A stretch of DNA of 64,000 nt, from NCBI GenBank assembly GCA_965153455.1, contig OZ234493.1, positions 26,092,213 through 26,156,212 on the forward strand, in the 5' to 3' direction. The DNA comes from Sphagnum compactum (lineage: Eukaryota). Shown one piece after another: positions 1 through 13,096 of this stretch (position 1 is the stretch's first letter; the number at the start of each line of letters is the position of its first letter). Made by a program: the position numbers and the translations under genes. The notes under the pieces are model-generated. The model worked only from the letters and a program-made list of their open reading frames with translations, searched no databases and was not told the DNA's origin.

Positions 1-68
1 TTGTCATTGACTTGATTTTGTCTTTGTTATGTTCCATGCTACTAATCATGATGCAATAATTACTGCAG

Positions 69-1637
69 GGGTGGACAGTGTGGGAACAGTTCCAGTGTCA
101 ATGTTGACATACGCATCCATTGTGTCTCTTCATCCTGATTTGATCATTAATGCAGGCACAGCTGGTGGATTCCAGGTCTCTAGATGTTACCTGCATTAGC
201 ATACCTTGTGTGGCTAAATGTTCTGGTCATCTGTTTTGGAAATTGTCTTCAAACGCAAGGGATGATCTGTGATATTGATGCACTTAGCTTTGGTGGGAGG
301 ACTTCATTGGAAGGATGCCTCTTATTGCCTAGAGACTTATATGATCTGGGGATTGTGGCATATTGACTGCAATTGATGTACTCACTGATATTCGTGGGCA
401 TGGCAGTCAAAAGGTGCAGCTATAGGTGATGTATTTGTGGCAACCCAGTTTGCAAACCATGACCGTAGGATACCTGTTCCTGTATGTATTGACTATAGCG
501 AATCCTCTCCTTGCCATTTTTTGTCAATGGACTCTGCATATTGGTGATAGTAGGTATTTGGTTGCTGCTGAAATGCTGTTGGGGTTGGTTATAGGTTTTT
601 GATGAGTACGGGATTGGAACTCTTGGAGCCACTCCAATACCTAACCTTGTCAAAGCTCTTGCACTCAAGGTGGGTAAAAGTCACATATCAACACTGTACA
701 TGCCTTCCATCATCTGTTGTGTGCATTTTAGTTGGTCTCCTTTCTTCAATCCACTTAAAGGTTTGTGCCCAATAATGTCCATAGCTTCTGTCATCTGTTG
801 CATGCATCTAAGTTGGTCATGTTCCTTAATCCACTTCAAGGCTTGGCTCCAACAATGTTTTCCCCTTGCTTATAGTTCAGAGAGGACTCAACTGCCAGAA
901 AACTCAATTTATGTTTGAAGGACTTCCATTCTAGATTGTTGCTGGAGGCATATGCATAAAAAAGCACCTTGCTTCTAGTCACATTCAGTGTACACTGTTG
1001 TTGAGAATCTGGATAGCCACACAGAGAGAGAAAGCCCTGAGCACCCACAAACCTTAAAATCTAGTACACCTGAAATGCTTTTCTTTATGCTGTGGCATTG
1101 GCAAACTTTTTCATGATCATCACCAGAATGACCATCACAGAGACTGAAGCTTATTTTATGTTGGTTACTGTTGGTAATACCAGGAGGGTAAGATGTCAAC
1201 AGGGAACTCCCTTGACATGACCCCACAGGATGAAGAGATCATAAAGGCTAATGATGCTACAATCAAGGACATGGAGGTCAGTTTCCATATCACTCGAAAG
1301 CACTTGCATGTACTCATTCATTGTGTGAAGTCTGTAATTGCAAATGTTTTGATGTGCAGTTGGTACCTGAGAAATCCTGTGAAGGAATTGGGTGCTACTG
1401 TGGTATGTCATGCATGAAAAGCATTTGTGTATGGTGTAGGGTGCTGCAGTAGCATATGTGGCTGACCTGTTCACAGTCCCTTTGATCGCACTGAAGGCTG
1501 TGACTGACATTGTGGATGGCAGCAAGCCCACAGTAGAGGAATTCTTAGAAAATATGTCAACAGCAGCAGCAGCACTATCTGCAATGGTACCCCGTGTTCT
1601 CAAGTACGTGAGTGGGAAGAAGATAGCTGATCTCTGA
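69..1637 (+). CDS. MTN: 5'-methylthioadenosine/S-adenosylhomocysteine nucleosidase, 3' part (5' end upstream of window); exons ~69-175, 407-481, 595-669, 1184-1276, 1440-1637
   Basis: Spliced translation GVDSVGTVP..HPDLIINAGTAGGFQ / SKGAAIGDVF..HDRRIPVP / STGNSLDMT..ATIKDME / GAAVAYVADL..KAVTDIVDG..EEFLEN, all with GT-AG borders; matches the plant MTN family. Confidence 0.93.
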
Positions 1638-4391
1638 AAAGTTTTGTATCTGGAGAGACAAATCAGTGTGGGTGATTGCTCTAGGGAAGGGTGATTCAGT
1701 TTGTGTGATGTTGATTTTCTTGGTTCCAATTTTGGCAGGATTGAACACCAAAATTCACCTATTTTTTAACCAATCCATCTTCTCCATGGCAGTTAACATG
1801 AGATCCAATAGGTGGGATATTTATGCAACCAACAAAACAATCATGGATCTTACACTTCTACATTCAATTAGTTGATTATTTGTCTAACAGTCAAATCTAC
1901 AATGAGACTGCAAACATGAATAAAAAATTCTTTTTTGAGTTGTGTTGAAAGTCAAGATTACTCTTGGCACTTCAGGAAGTGGCTCAGTCTTTATTCCTGG
2001 CTATCTTCTGAATCTCTATCGGGCCTGAACAAGAATGTACATGTAGAGATTCCTTCTTTTCTCTATAACCTTTAATTATAAATGGCAAAATGGTTTAAAG
2101 AATTACAATACCTTTAGTTTATGCAAAACTCTAACTAAAAATGAAAAAATGGCAAGGGAATGCAATACTTTCACTTGTTTTACAAACTCTAATATAATAA
2201 GCTAAGGATGTTTGTAATATTCTCAATTTGTTATAGCAAACTCTAATCCAATGTGGTAAGGACATTTCAATACCTTCATTTTTTTTTTTGCAAATTTAAT
2301 ATAACATGCCAAAATTTTTATTATACAAACATATAATTCATGGTGAGAAAAGGAATGCATTGCCCTTGTTTGTTTCATATACAAATAGACTTTTTTGAGA
2401 ATGAATGTTAATATGCATTTAAGTCATAAAAAGTTTGAGTGCACACTAAAAAGGGGGAAAAAAAATAAAATATTTGTGACATGTTACAAAAGCAAATCAG
2501 AGTCCGAAACTAATCCATCAATATGTGAAAATTAATAATATATGATTTATTAGGAACTTTTTTTGGAATGGTGCATTGGTGGGTGTTGGGTCACATGGGC
2601 CTTTCATTGGGACAACAAATATGGGAAAATTTATTGGAAAAACCAGGGACATCACTCTTAACAAATGCCTTGTAGCCTAGGGAAATGGTTAAAAGATCCC
2701 CTCCTCCTTTGTGACATTATCATTTTTGTTTAGGTTCATAAGGCCGTCACCTTGTGTTTGGGTGGGGGCACATTCCTGAAATGAAGGAGGAGTAATTTTA
2801 ATTATCTCTTCTCGTTTTCTGGGAGGGATATTCATTAACATAATGATCGATGTTTTACATAATGTCCAGGGCAATGTTTTGTTTTTATGAGTTTCTTGTC
2901 GTAGCTTGCATTGGCAATCATCCTAAAAAAGAAGTAGCATGAATTGGCAATTGTCCTCGAAAGGAATTAGTGTGAATTGGCAACGACTATCGAAATTGTT
3001 GATTTTCTTTTTCAAGCATCCTTGGATATTTATTATTATCATTATTTTTCAAATTTCAATTTCAAATTTCAAAAATTGTGAAAGAAAAACATCCAAAAAA
3101 ACATCATTTCAATCAATTTTCTTCATGTTTTTTCATTGTTGTGAAAGAAAAGTCCAAAATGAAAAAAATTCATCACTAAAAAAAGCACTTGTCTTTTTTC
3201 TTTTTTCTTCAGTTTTGTTATGTTGAAAAACATTGCTAAAATTTCCCTGAAGTAGAAAAATTAGTAGAATTTGCACTAAAAAGACACAATTTTTTCAAAA
3301 AAAAAATCCCAATTTGTTTGTTGAGGGGGGAAAGGAAAAAAAAAAACTGCATGATTGCAATGGTCAACTATTACCTTGCGTTTGGCATTGTCCATGATGT
3401 AAAACACCATAATATTATTTTTTTTTAAATTTGATTCTTAATTTGGTTGATTTTTTTTTTAATTTGAGAATATCGTCTTGATATCATATTAATAATAATT
3501 TATATAATTAAAAAATATATTTCAACTTGTTTTTGTAATTTCAAAAATTACCCACCAACTTATCCCTTCACACTATATTTTAAAAATATTATTATAACAA
3601 CAATGTTTTAAAAACGATATTTCAAAAGTTACACATCAACTTATCCCTTCTCGCTATACTTTAAAGATATTATTGTCACAACAATGCTTTAAATATAAAA
3701 AGAGGTCTATCAGCAGACCTGTCGGCCAGCGGGGTCGAAAATCAGAGAAAGTGTGCTCATAAACCCTTCTCCTATACATCATCCTCCAGAACATCGATGG
3801 ACGATGATGATGAAAAACTGATGTTATCAGATTCGCCAGTGCTACACTCCAAATCAAATCTGTCCGACAGGATGAAAGCAACGAAAGAAGGAGCTTTCCG
3901 GAGAAGAAGAGACAAGGCTTTCCGAAGAACTGTTCCTTCCCGCTTTGTACGCGCAGCTTTTTATGGCGCGCGAGTTGTTCCTGCGCTGCTTCGCGTCCGT
4001 TCTCGTTGCCATCATCTCGACGTATTTGCATTGTCCGCACACGCGATTGCTGATGTTTGTGTCAGAAAAGAAAATATATTTTTCTTTTCCAAAAGATCCG
4101 CTCGCTATTATGAGTTGTTGGCATTTGATTGAGTTTTTTAATGTACTTTAATTCCAAGAGAATCAATCGCTCGCATGCAGGAGGGAGTGAATGACGCGAT
4201 GCGAGTGGCTTGCCTTCACGAAGTTCCAGCAGCTCCTTCCCAGCTTTCTTTCTACTCTGATTGCTAATTTCATGTTTTTGTTGCAAAGGTGAAGGAACTC
4301 GTTTCGATCTGATCCAATTCTTTGCGATAGAACAGAGGAGGCTGGATTTGTTTTTGCTGAATGCTCATCTAGTGCCTTTGGATACGTGAAG

Positions 4392-7300
4392 ATGGCGGTC
4401 GAGTCAGGTGATCTGTCGAAGCCCTTGCTAAACGTCTCTAAATCGTACGAGGAAGAGCACAGGAATCTGCTTGGTAGCTTGCAGACAGGCAAGGATGGAT
4501 TGCTGGCAGCGGCAGGAGCGCATACCGGGCTCAGCTATTCTCGGACGCGTACTCTTCTCAGGCAGAGGCAGAGACGGAACGCCAGTGAGCCTAGAACCGA
4601 GTCAGTCTTGTGGAAATCGTTGATGTGGCCTATCACGAAGATCATGGAGATCGAAAGGATTAAAACTCCTGTAGCATTGCCGGTGAAGGCAGGCCTTGCA
4701 GCTCTCCTTGCGGGAATATTATGCTTCGCTCCTGGCGCTCTCAGTCCTCTCAACAAGAACGGTGTGTGGGCCGTCGTTACCGTGGACATTGTTCTCGAAA
4801 CAAATGTCGGCTTAACATTCAGCAAAGGTACATTTTCCATCAATCTTTGTCTCACAATTTTTCAGGGCGCATTTGAGATGTCTGATCAGATTCAAGAATT
4901 ACACATACAGAGCTCTTGCTTTACACCATTCTTCAGGTTGCATTTTGAGATGTCTGGCTCACAATTCTTCAGGGCGCATTTCAGATGTCTGATGATATTC
5001 AAGAAGAATTCAGATACAGGGCTCTTGCTTTTCACAATTCTTCAGGGTGCATTTGAGATGTCTCTGATGATATTCAAAGCATACATATACAGAGCTTTCT
5101 TGCTTTTTCTCCACATTCAATGACTGACCAAAACTGGATTGTGATGTTGAAAGCAGAGTAAAGAAGAGAAAGCAGTTTTGTTTTGTTCACATTATATATC
5201 TTTTTAAAGTTCTGATTACAGAAATTCTGATTTGCTCCTCCTTTCAGGTTTGAATCGTACACTGGGAACATTGCTGGCGGCTGCACTTGCAATGGGTGTT
5301 GTTTTGTTGGGACAGTACCTTGGTAGCTATGAGAATTACTTTCTTCTCTTGTGCACATTTCTTGGAGGTGCAGTTCCGACCGCGTTCAAGTTCAGGGAAC
5401 CTTTCAAAGATCGATGGAATTATGCTGTGGTCATGTCTATGATCACCTTCCACCTTCTAATCCTGAGCCAGAGTGACCGCAGTGCAAAATTCACACTTCC
5501 CCTGGTTCGGTTTGGGATGATTGTGATTGGGTTTGTCATTGCAGTTTTGGTGAACATTTTGCTCTTGCCAAATTTTGCTGGTAATAATGTCAACAATCTG
5601 CTTGCCACCAACTTTGAGCGTGCTGGCAATGTGGTGGAGAAGTGTGTAGAGGAGTATTGCGAAGGCACCGTGCTGGCTGACATCTCCAATGTCTTGAGCC
5701 ACACTACAAACGATGAATTGCACTTGAGCTTCCATGAAATTGTGGCAGCAGAATCCGAAGTGGACAAGCTTGTTAGTGCCTAGTTACTCAAGCCTCTCTG
5801 GTGTGTGTATGTGTGTGTGCACACATGTGTAGTCAGCATTGAAATGCTGCTTCTGTCTGTGCATAAATGTGTAGTGCTTTTACAATCTTTGCAGCTGAGC
5901 ATTTCTTTTGCACCTGATTTTGTTGGCTGTGTCCTGAAATGTCCACTGCAGTTGGTGGCAGCCAAATCTGAGCCCCCACATGGCAAGTTCTTCTTCAGAT
6001 ACCCATGGCATATGTATGAGGAGGTGACAGAAAGCCTGCGCTTCTCTATGTATGATGTGGTGGCATTGGATTCATGTCTGCGTGCTGAGATTCAGGCACC
6101 TTTGAATCTGCGTACTTTGTTCAGAATGCAGTTTCTGGCTCTTGGCAAAGAATGTGCAGAGTAAGCTCTTGCTCCTTCTCTCATTCTGAACTTGGTCTAC
6201 GGCTACAGCAACACAAAAAATACTCTTTCAATCCTGCTCTTTTGTCTTTAGATTCTTCGCTCTCTCACTTGAGATACTTTTACAGAGCTAGCAGCTGGTT
6301 GTTCATACTTTGTCAAGCCCTTTGGTGGATAGACATTGGTATCATGACATTAATGCCCAAGAAGTAAATTCAATTACTTGTGAGCAGATCTTGATCCTTG
6401 CAACCAGCCAACTGGACTGTTGAATCTGCTGCATTAAGTTCCATACCCTGATGTGTGTGCAAACCTGACAAAAGAATCCTTGAGGGTGAAAAAATCCTGT
6501 GCTGATATTGCTGAAGGATTAGGTGAGCAAAACAATGGCTAGGAATAACATGGGACCATTCTCTCCAGATCAGAAGCTAGGGCCACCATTCTGTCACATT
6601 CTCCCTGGATCCTTAGACTAATCATTGCAGTGTCCAGACTGACAAGGTGCAAAGTCTTCCAGGTGCAATCTGTGAACTTCAGAACTGAATTCACAGCAGC
6701 CACTGATCCTGATATTTGTTGCTCAAGGATGCATTTGACAAGAACTCAGTAACTGAAATTTTATGCAGCTTTTCAGGTTTTTGTGGTGTGTGTGTACAGT
6801 GTCTTTCGAGCATTAGGGAAGACAATGCGCAATATGGAACGAATTGACACCCAGCAGATCATGGAGAGGGCGGAAGAGGTGGCCATATTACTGCAACATA
6901 ACCTTGCCAAGCATGCCAATATCTTGCTACTAGGAGCACCATGCCCTGGGCCTGCTGGAACACCTCTCAATGAAAACACACAACGGTTCTTAGCAGGATT
7001 ATTCAATAATCCAAGTGCACCATCTGAAACTACTGATGACAATTCCCATCCAGAAACCGTGCAGGAGGATCTGCAAATTGAACAGTATGACCTTAATCTG
7101 CTCTTGTTTTATTGTTTAGTTTGCATTGCTGTATGGCAGTAGGGGTGATTAGAGCCATAAGAAGTTCTTAGTTTTCAAGAATGCAAGATGCCGTAAAAAT
7201 TGTTTCCTGACCCATCCTCACTCACACAAGGAGCAGTAACAAAGTGCTAACACATCAGTTTGTGTGCAGAAGAGAAAATCAAATAGAAAAGTCATTGGAA

Positions 7301-7564
7301 CGTAAGTCCCATAGACTGGAGGGGCAGGCTGGTGAGTTTCTGAAGAGAAAGGCATCAATAGGTGATCATTGGGATGTTACAGTGCAACGCCTTGCAGCTC
7401 TCTCTCTCATCAAATTTTCTTCAACCCTTATCGAAATCACAGCAAGGGCCAAGTTTTTGGCTTCTATCGTGGATGATCTTGCTGTCAAAGCCAAATTTGA
7501 CATTTCTGACCTGGAAACCTCTAAAAGCTCACCCGAATTCGAACAGATATTTGGCAATGTGTGA
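4392..7564 (+). CDS. ALMT: Aluminium-activated malate transporter (ALMT) family protein; exons ~4392-4827, 5248-5771, 5952-6160, 6800-7083, 7270-7564
   Basis: VWAVVTVDIVLETNVGLTFSK|GLNRTLGT, several TM helices, SEPPHGKFFFRYPW (WEP-motif region), CLRAEIQAP, LSLIKFSSTLIE..AKF C-terminus. Confidence 0.9.
4850..5107. repeat. Degenerate ~70 bp tandem repeat in ALMT intron 1
   Basis: Recurring CACAATTCTTCAGGG(C/T)GCATTTGAGATGTCT...CATACAGAGCTCTTGCTTT. Confidence 0.7.
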
Positions 7565-8019
7565 GGTTCTCTTCTACCGAAAACCCAGAGGCAATCTGTT
7601 AAAGAGTACAAATATCGAGATTGCTCTTGTGTAGCTAAATGTAGTTCTAATGTATAGTCATTTACTGCACTGATTTGTGATCAGAATGCTAAAATCTTCA
7701 GGCTCATGATCATTGTCTAGATGAACTCCTTTCTCGTTCATGGTGCCTGAAAATGCACAAAGTTTACAACTTTTGTTGTAAGCGTACTGACCCACTTCTG
7801 TAAGTCAATCTAACAAGCCTCTTTCAGTTACACATAAAGTTTAAATCTTAAACCCTAAACTCTGAAAAGAAGCCTTCTGATGTAGAATCAGTGAGGATAC
7901 TTGTACTGTTAGGTATTGACAAAAGTTTTTTTACTTTTGTATTGTTGTTTTTTCAAGTTATTTGGCCTGTCCAAGTTGCAAATATCATCTGGCAAGGATT
8001 AAGTATTCTATATAGGGTA

Positions 8020-8130
8020 TATAGGTAGCTGTTCTACAGGTTTTTCAGGTGTCTTGAATGGGCAGAATCGGCAGTGGTGGCTGATTCAGTGATTAGCTAC
8101 CTACCCACAACACTGCTGATTCTCCAGGTT
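8020..8130. repeat. Dispersed repeat; inverted homologue at ~60,680-60,830
   Basis: Reverse complement of 8020-8086 (ATCAGCCACCACTGCCGATTCTGCC..AAAACCTGTAGAACAGCTACCTAT) matches ~60,760-60,822. Confidence 0.65.
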
Positions 8131-9148
8131 CCAACCCACCTCTACTGCTATTTCATACTTTCCAGTGAATTCTTCATGCCAGGTAAAAACTAAAACCGTC
8201 ACTTAAGAGGGTATATTCTGCCACCTAGTTTGTCGCTAGGACTTGGCCTTTATGCAATGGGAGGCAGCCCTAGGGTGCATTCTGCCTATTAGTTTGTCCG
8301 TAAGGCTTATAGCCTGGATGTGTACATAAATGACTGTTGCAAGGATCCATCAACAGGCAGCTGTTAAGAGTTTGATTTGCACCAGGGTTAATTACTCTTA
8401 ATTAACCTGGTTTTATTATCACCCATAATCAGAATTGAGTGACTTCACAGTTCACACCTTATGAACAATGTAATTACTTTAGTTTATAGGTTTTTTTGGG
8501 TGACTTTGTCTAAGGCTCTTCTTTTGTTTTCTTTTTCTGTTGTTTTTTTTGGGTGTTTTCTTTCCACCAAATGTCTGTTTTTTCCTTTTCTTTTGTGGTT
8601 AATGGAATTGAGCCAATGTCTTGTACATTTCACCAAACATGAATTGCTGAACAATATATATTTGCAGCATTTTCTTCCTTTTGAATACCTAGTGGTCATT
8701 AACCTTAGTAATTTTCAGTCTTTGCAAACCACTCAAATTAACATCTTAAAGTTAACTAGCAGATTCAATTTTGTGTGTAATGGTATCCTTTGTTGTTACA
8801 TAGTGGCCTTGTTTTGCACCCCCTTTGTGGGACATGTAACAATACACGCACAGTATGATTGATTCAATAATTTATCAACTGCCTGCCCGAGGTCCGATCA
8901 ACCCAAACCTATCTTGCCCAAAACATTGACCATGGCCAATATTATCAGCAAACTGTACCCTAAACCAAAACTGAAATTATTTTCTAAGATCCCACTGATC
9001 ACAAAATACTTAGCACATTCAAAATAAAACATAAAGTCTGTTAATAATAAAACCCAGAAAAATAAAGCAAAGTGAAACACCACACCACTTAGGACTCAGC
9101 CCCCATTTATTTTTGTGCAAAATTTTGCCCTGTTGTGAATTTTAGGAA

Positions 9149-9199
9149 CTTGCTAATGGTAAAAAAGGAGCCTTAAATGTAGGAGCGGTTCTTATTTTA
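9149..9199 (+). pseudogene. petA: Plastid cytochrome f fragment
   Basis: LANGKKGALNVGAVLIL. Confidence 0.88.
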
Positions 9200-9276
9200 A
9201 ATGTAGAGAACAACAAATGTGGGAAACTTTGAGAGATTATCTCGATTTGGTAATAAAAATTAAAATAATTTTTATT

Positions 9277-9305
9277 TGTCGCAGGTTCGAATCCTGTCAT
9301 CCCTA
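9277..9305 (+). pseudogene. trnP: Plastid trnP 3' half
   Basis: GTCGCAGGTTCGAATCCTGTCATCCCTA T-arm and acceptor stem. Confidence 0.7.
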
Positions 9306-9334
9306 CCCTGAACTCTATATATTGTAACATTGTT

Positions 9335-9361
9335 TACCGGGGGTTCGAATCCCTTTCTTTC
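9335..9361 (+). pseudogene. trnS: Plastid trnS 3' fragment
   Basis: TACCGGGGGTTCGAATCCCTTTCTTTC. Confidence 0.6.
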
Positions 9362-9410
9362 TTCAGCACCGTAGAGCGCCTGGTACTCGGACGTTGGCTT
9401 GAGGTATTTT
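9361..9410 (-). pseudogene. rrn23: Plastid 23S rRNA fragment
   Basis: Reverse complement AAAATACCTCAAGCCAACGTCCGAGTACCAGGCGCTCTACGGTGCTGAAG resembles plastid 23S. Confidence 0.7.
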
Positions 9411-9654
9411 CGCGTGAAGTAAATTCTCGCACCTACGTTATTATCCAATTGGAAGAAGATCAAAGAACTCAAAATAAAAAGTATGGGGCCCGTATTTTGA
9501 ATACCTCATTTAAGAAATTTTTTTTTTGTATTAATAAATTTCAGTGAGTGATCTCGCGAAAATATCGATGAAGTGAAAAAATTATCGGTGTGCTGACCAA
9601 ATGGAGCATCTCCTACCTCATAAGTCAGAAGAACAATCAAATAAAATGTAATTT

Positions 9655-9820
9655 TTTGGTGGAACATACAATTTCGTAAATTGAGGTTTATTAATGATTA
9701 GATATTCATGTAACTGAACGAGGAATTTTTTCACTTGACCAGTTTCTAATACATCTAAATATTCATTTACTCCAATATAAATAGTAGCTACTTGTTCTTC
9801 TACTGTCAAAGGTGCTGACA
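9655..9820 (-). pseudogene. atpA: Plastid ATP synthase alpha fragment
   Basis: [47 protein letters not shown]. Confidence 0.9.
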
Positions 9821-9864
9821 TCCGCCACAGGGTAAGCCACCATCTTTCAGGCCTCTCTGATCGA

Positions 9865-9923
9865 TTCTAAAAGAAGCTATTAAAGAACATACTGAAATTT
9901 TTTTACTTCAAGGAGATAAATAG
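9865..9923 (+). pseudogene. atpA: Plastid atpA extreme C-terminus (opposite orientation to the neighbouring atpA piece)
   Basis: [19 protein letters not shown]. Confidence 0.75.
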
Positions 9924-10016
9924 AGGCCTCATTCTTTTGGGAATAGAGAGGCAGTAAAATAAAGAAATATTTTTTCGACTTTTTTATCCTCGTTCATTCC
10001 CGATGGGAATTTTCTA

Positions 10017-10178
10017 ACCTCACGGGAGGTTTTAAAAAGCCTCGTGAATTAACGTGGGTTACTGGTGTAATTCTAGCTGTATTAACAATTTCTTTCGATG
10101 TAACTGGATATTCCCTGCCTTGGGATCAAATTGGTTACTGGGCCGTCAAGATCGTAACCGGTGTACCTGAAACTATTC
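10017..10178 (+). pseudogene. petB: Plastid cytochrome b6 fragment
   Basis: [51 protein letters not shown]. Confidence 0.95.
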
Positions 10179-10271
10179 TTATTAATATAGCAGATCAAAT
10201 TTTATCTCAACCAGAAGGAATTATACAAGAGAAGTTCCGGATCGAGAATTATTTAATCTACTCTCCGACTT
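10179..10271 (+). pseudogene. chlL: Plastid chlL C-terminal fragment
   Basis: [27 protein letters not shown] with frameshift. Confidence 0.82.
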
Positions 10272-10368
10272 CCAATCTTCATTCCATTCAGGAAGTTGAA
10301 ACAATAATGAACGAACAATATTTTTAGAAATTATTAATATGGGTAATACTAAATATTTCTTGAGGTAC
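10272..10368 (-). pseudogene. ycf1: Plastid ycf1 fragment
   Basis: [32 protein letters not shown]. Confidence 0.85.
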
Positions 10369-10535
10369 AATTGGATAATCAATAACCAACTTCTTCACCA
10401 TTGAGCTAATGGAAAATCCCATCTATTTGCTATAGCGAGACGGTCCGCTTTGAAAAAAGTTCCACCACAAGGGCAACGTTACCAAAATAGAATATCTGTC
10501 TTTTTGAAAGATGTTGGGTCTTGGGTGGTCCGCCC

Positions 10536-10774
<239 letters not shown>

Positions 10775-10802
10775 TAAAAATGGATTAACCCCACACACAT
10801 AG

Positions 10803-10890
10803 ACGCCCAATCATTCCGGATAACGCTTGCATCCTCTGCCTTACCGCGGCTGCTGGCACAGAGTTAGTCGATGTTTATTCCTCAAATACC
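10803..10890 (-). pseudogene. rrn16: Plastid 16S rRNA fragment
   Basis: Reverse complement contains GTGCCAGCAGCCGCGGTAA..GGATGCAAGCGTTATCCGGAATGATTGGGCGT. Confidence 0.92.
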
Positions 10891-11371
10891 TATACCTGTA
10901 ATCGAAGATTCTACAATTCATACTATTTCGAGTTTAACTCATCTAGCCAAAGGGGTTATGGAAGGACACTCCAATTCGATTATGTTTATTTTCTTCGATC
11001 CAATATTCAATTCGTATTAATCAAATTGCTTCCGCTCCGAGAACGGAAGACTGTGTTGGTAGTATCACTCCCCAAAATGATGATTGGGAATACCAATTCG
11101 ATTCCATTTTTTTGAATGATTCTAAAGAAAAAATCAAAATCAAAATCGAAGGAGCAGATCCAAATATTAGAGGATATTTCATTTATCAAAATCAAGATTA
11201 GATTTATATTGGATCGCCTCTTGCGAAACAAATTTTGAATTGTTTAAGAAATATAGACAACTCTTATAATAAGGATTGGAATTCCACTTATTCTAGTATC
11301 CTTCCGCATGCTTATAGTATTTCACGAATAAATAAAATGGGAAAAGTTTCCTATGGTCTAGTTTTCGATAG

Positions 11372-11428
11372 GAGGATTTGGCATGTATGAATAGATTTTG
11401 GTTCAATACAAGTAATGGAAGTCGATTT
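11372..11428 (+). pseudogene. ycf1: Plastid ycf1 C-terminal fragment
   Basis: EDLACMNRFWFNTSNGSRF. Confidence 0.85.
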
Positions 11429-11469
11429 ACCTCCCCATGATGAGTAAGTTAAGAAAAGGCTCTTGTAGG

Positions 11470-11525
11470 TACCCACTCCCTTCTCAGAGAACCGTACGTG
11501 ATAGTCTCCTATCATACAACTCCAT
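11470..11525 (-). other. Organellar group II intron domain V fragment
   Basis: Reverse complement GAGTTGTATGATAGGAGACTATCACGTACGGTTC, a decayed GAGCCGTATG..CACGTACGGTTC. Confidence 0.75.
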
Positions 11526-11555
11526 CTTGAGATAGCCGACTTGTAGTTTTATTGG

Positions 11556-11622
11556 GCCGAAATACAAAGCTTTGAGCACCAATAGGAAGGCACCAACACC
11601 TAACAAAATTAAATGGATACCC
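11556..11622 (-). pseudogene. psbC: Plastid psbC fragment
   Basis: [22 protein letters not shown]. Confidence 0.88.
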
Positions 11623-11721
11623 AACGATTGTATTATTAAAATTGGCTCGAATATGAATAACTCTTTTAGGTATTCTACGTCTTCCTTTACGTAAACTAAT
11701 TTTCTTTACAAGTTTTGTCAT
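11623..11721 (-). pseudogene. rps11: Plastid rps11 N-terminal fragment
   Basis: [33 protein letters not shown]. Confidence 0.88.
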
Positions 11722-11912
11722 AGTTATTCTTGCGTATATGATTTAGAAATCGGAAAAAAATATTAAATATATAATTTATTTTATTATTTTTATAGTAGGA
11801 GACTTCATTTGTTATGGTTATGAATTGCCAGTCTGAATGGCTTCGAGTAGAACCCATAATAGGGTCTCGAAGTTTTTTTTTTATAAATAATATCACTAGA
11901 GGTAATTTTTTA

Positions 11913-12021
11913 ATGACAACTTCTTACTTACCTTCCATTTTTGTGCCTTTAGTAGGTCTGGTTTTTCTAGCAATTACAATGGCTTCTCTCTATATATATG
12001 GAACAAGACAAAATAGTTTGA
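11913..12021 (+). pseudogene. psaI: Near-complete plastid psaI copy, frameshifted near the end
   Basis: [35 protein letters not shown], preceded by GAGG SD-like motif. Confidence 0.9.
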
Positions 12022-12030
12022 TTTTTGATA

Positions 12031-12218
12031 TTCACCAGGGCTTCAATCGCCGGCTTCCCTGTCATCAGGTCACCACTTCCTTAACCTTCCGGCACTAGGC
12101 AGGCGTCAGCCCCCATACGTGGTCTTACGACTTTGCGAAAACCTGTGTTTTTGGTAAACAGTCGCCTGGGCTTGGTCACTATGACCTCCTCTGTGAGGAG
12201 GTACCCCTTCTCTCGAAG
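12031..12218 (-). pseudogene. rrn23: Plastid 23S rRNA fragment
   Basis: Reverse complement has CGACTGTTTACCAAAAACACAGGT..GGGGCTGACGCCTGCC.AGTGCCGGAAGGTTAAGG. Confidence 0.92.
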
Positions 12219-12353
12219 GTTATTTGTATAATTTCCAATTTATAGCTCTGTTTTATCTACCAAATAGAAGGTCTCACTATCTGTAATGAAAGACTTCTCC
12301 ATCCAGTAATGACACATTATTTCGGTTCAAATTCGTATAGCCTTAAACCTAAA

Positions 12354-12384
12354 AGCTTCTCCGACGGTATGCCTCTAGGAATTT
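12354..12384 (+). pseudogene. psbA: Plastid psbA fragment
   Basis: SFSDGMPLGI. Confidence 0.75.
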
Positions 12385-12835
12385 ATGGTACTGTGTACCC
12401 CAGATTTAGGATTGGTTATCAAAATCTGATAGCGGGAGCAAAAGAAAAATGTATGAAGTGATTACAACCATACTTTTATTTGAGCAAAAGTAAATGCGTA
12501 AATCGAGACATCAACGTAATTCAACGCTGGTACTAGATACTTTGCTATTGAAAAGATATTTGGAAATGGAAATATTCCCTCTATTCCTATTATCTAGATC
12601 AATATATTTCACCAAACTAATTTGGAGAAAAGTTTTAATTATTTTGTTGATTCTTACATCTACATTATTTTCTCTCAATAATCATGATTTTTCATCAATA
12701 AGTTGATGATTATTCCATCGATAAATAATGAAAAGTAGGGGAAGAATTCTTATCATTAGAAATCTTATCAGTAGATATAAATAGGAACCACGAAGAGAAA
12801 CAATAGAAAAAGAGCTCCAGTATAAAGATCCTGAT

Positions 12836-12967
12836 TGTCTTACCACGACTGCTGGCACAGAGTTAGCCAATGCTTATTCCTCAGATACCGTCATTGCTTC
12901 TTCTCTGAGAAAAGGAGTTTACGACTCGTGGGCCTTCTACCTCCACGCGGCATTGTTCCATCAGGCT
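12836..12967 (-). pseudogene. rrn16: Plastid 16S rRNA fragment overlapping the piece at 10,803
   Basis: Reverse complement ..CAATGCCGCGTGGAGGTAGAAGGCC..GCAATGACGGTATCTGAGGAATAAGCA..GGCTAACTCTGTGCCAGCAG. Confidence 0.92.
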
Positions 12968-12971
12968 GTCA

Positions 12972-13045
12972 TGCATCTGACAGGAGTGGAACCTGCGAAT
13001 TCTCCAATTATGAGTTGGGTTCTTTAACCGCTCAACCACGGATGC
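12972..13045 (-). tRNA. trnI-CAU: Plastid-derived trnI(CAU), full length, mutated (probably non-functional)
   Basis: GCATCCGTGGTTGAGCGGTTAAAG..CCCAACTCATAATTGG..GGTTCCACTCCTGTCAGATGCA. Confidence 0.8.
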
Positions 13046-13096
13046 TATTGCTTCAATTCATTATTAGTGGTATATCTATTCTTTGACAAATCCTAC

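Noticed and set aside
8460-8870. 133 aa hydrophobic ORF or possible hAT remnant
   Set aside because: T-rich, low-complexity translation with no convincing motif.
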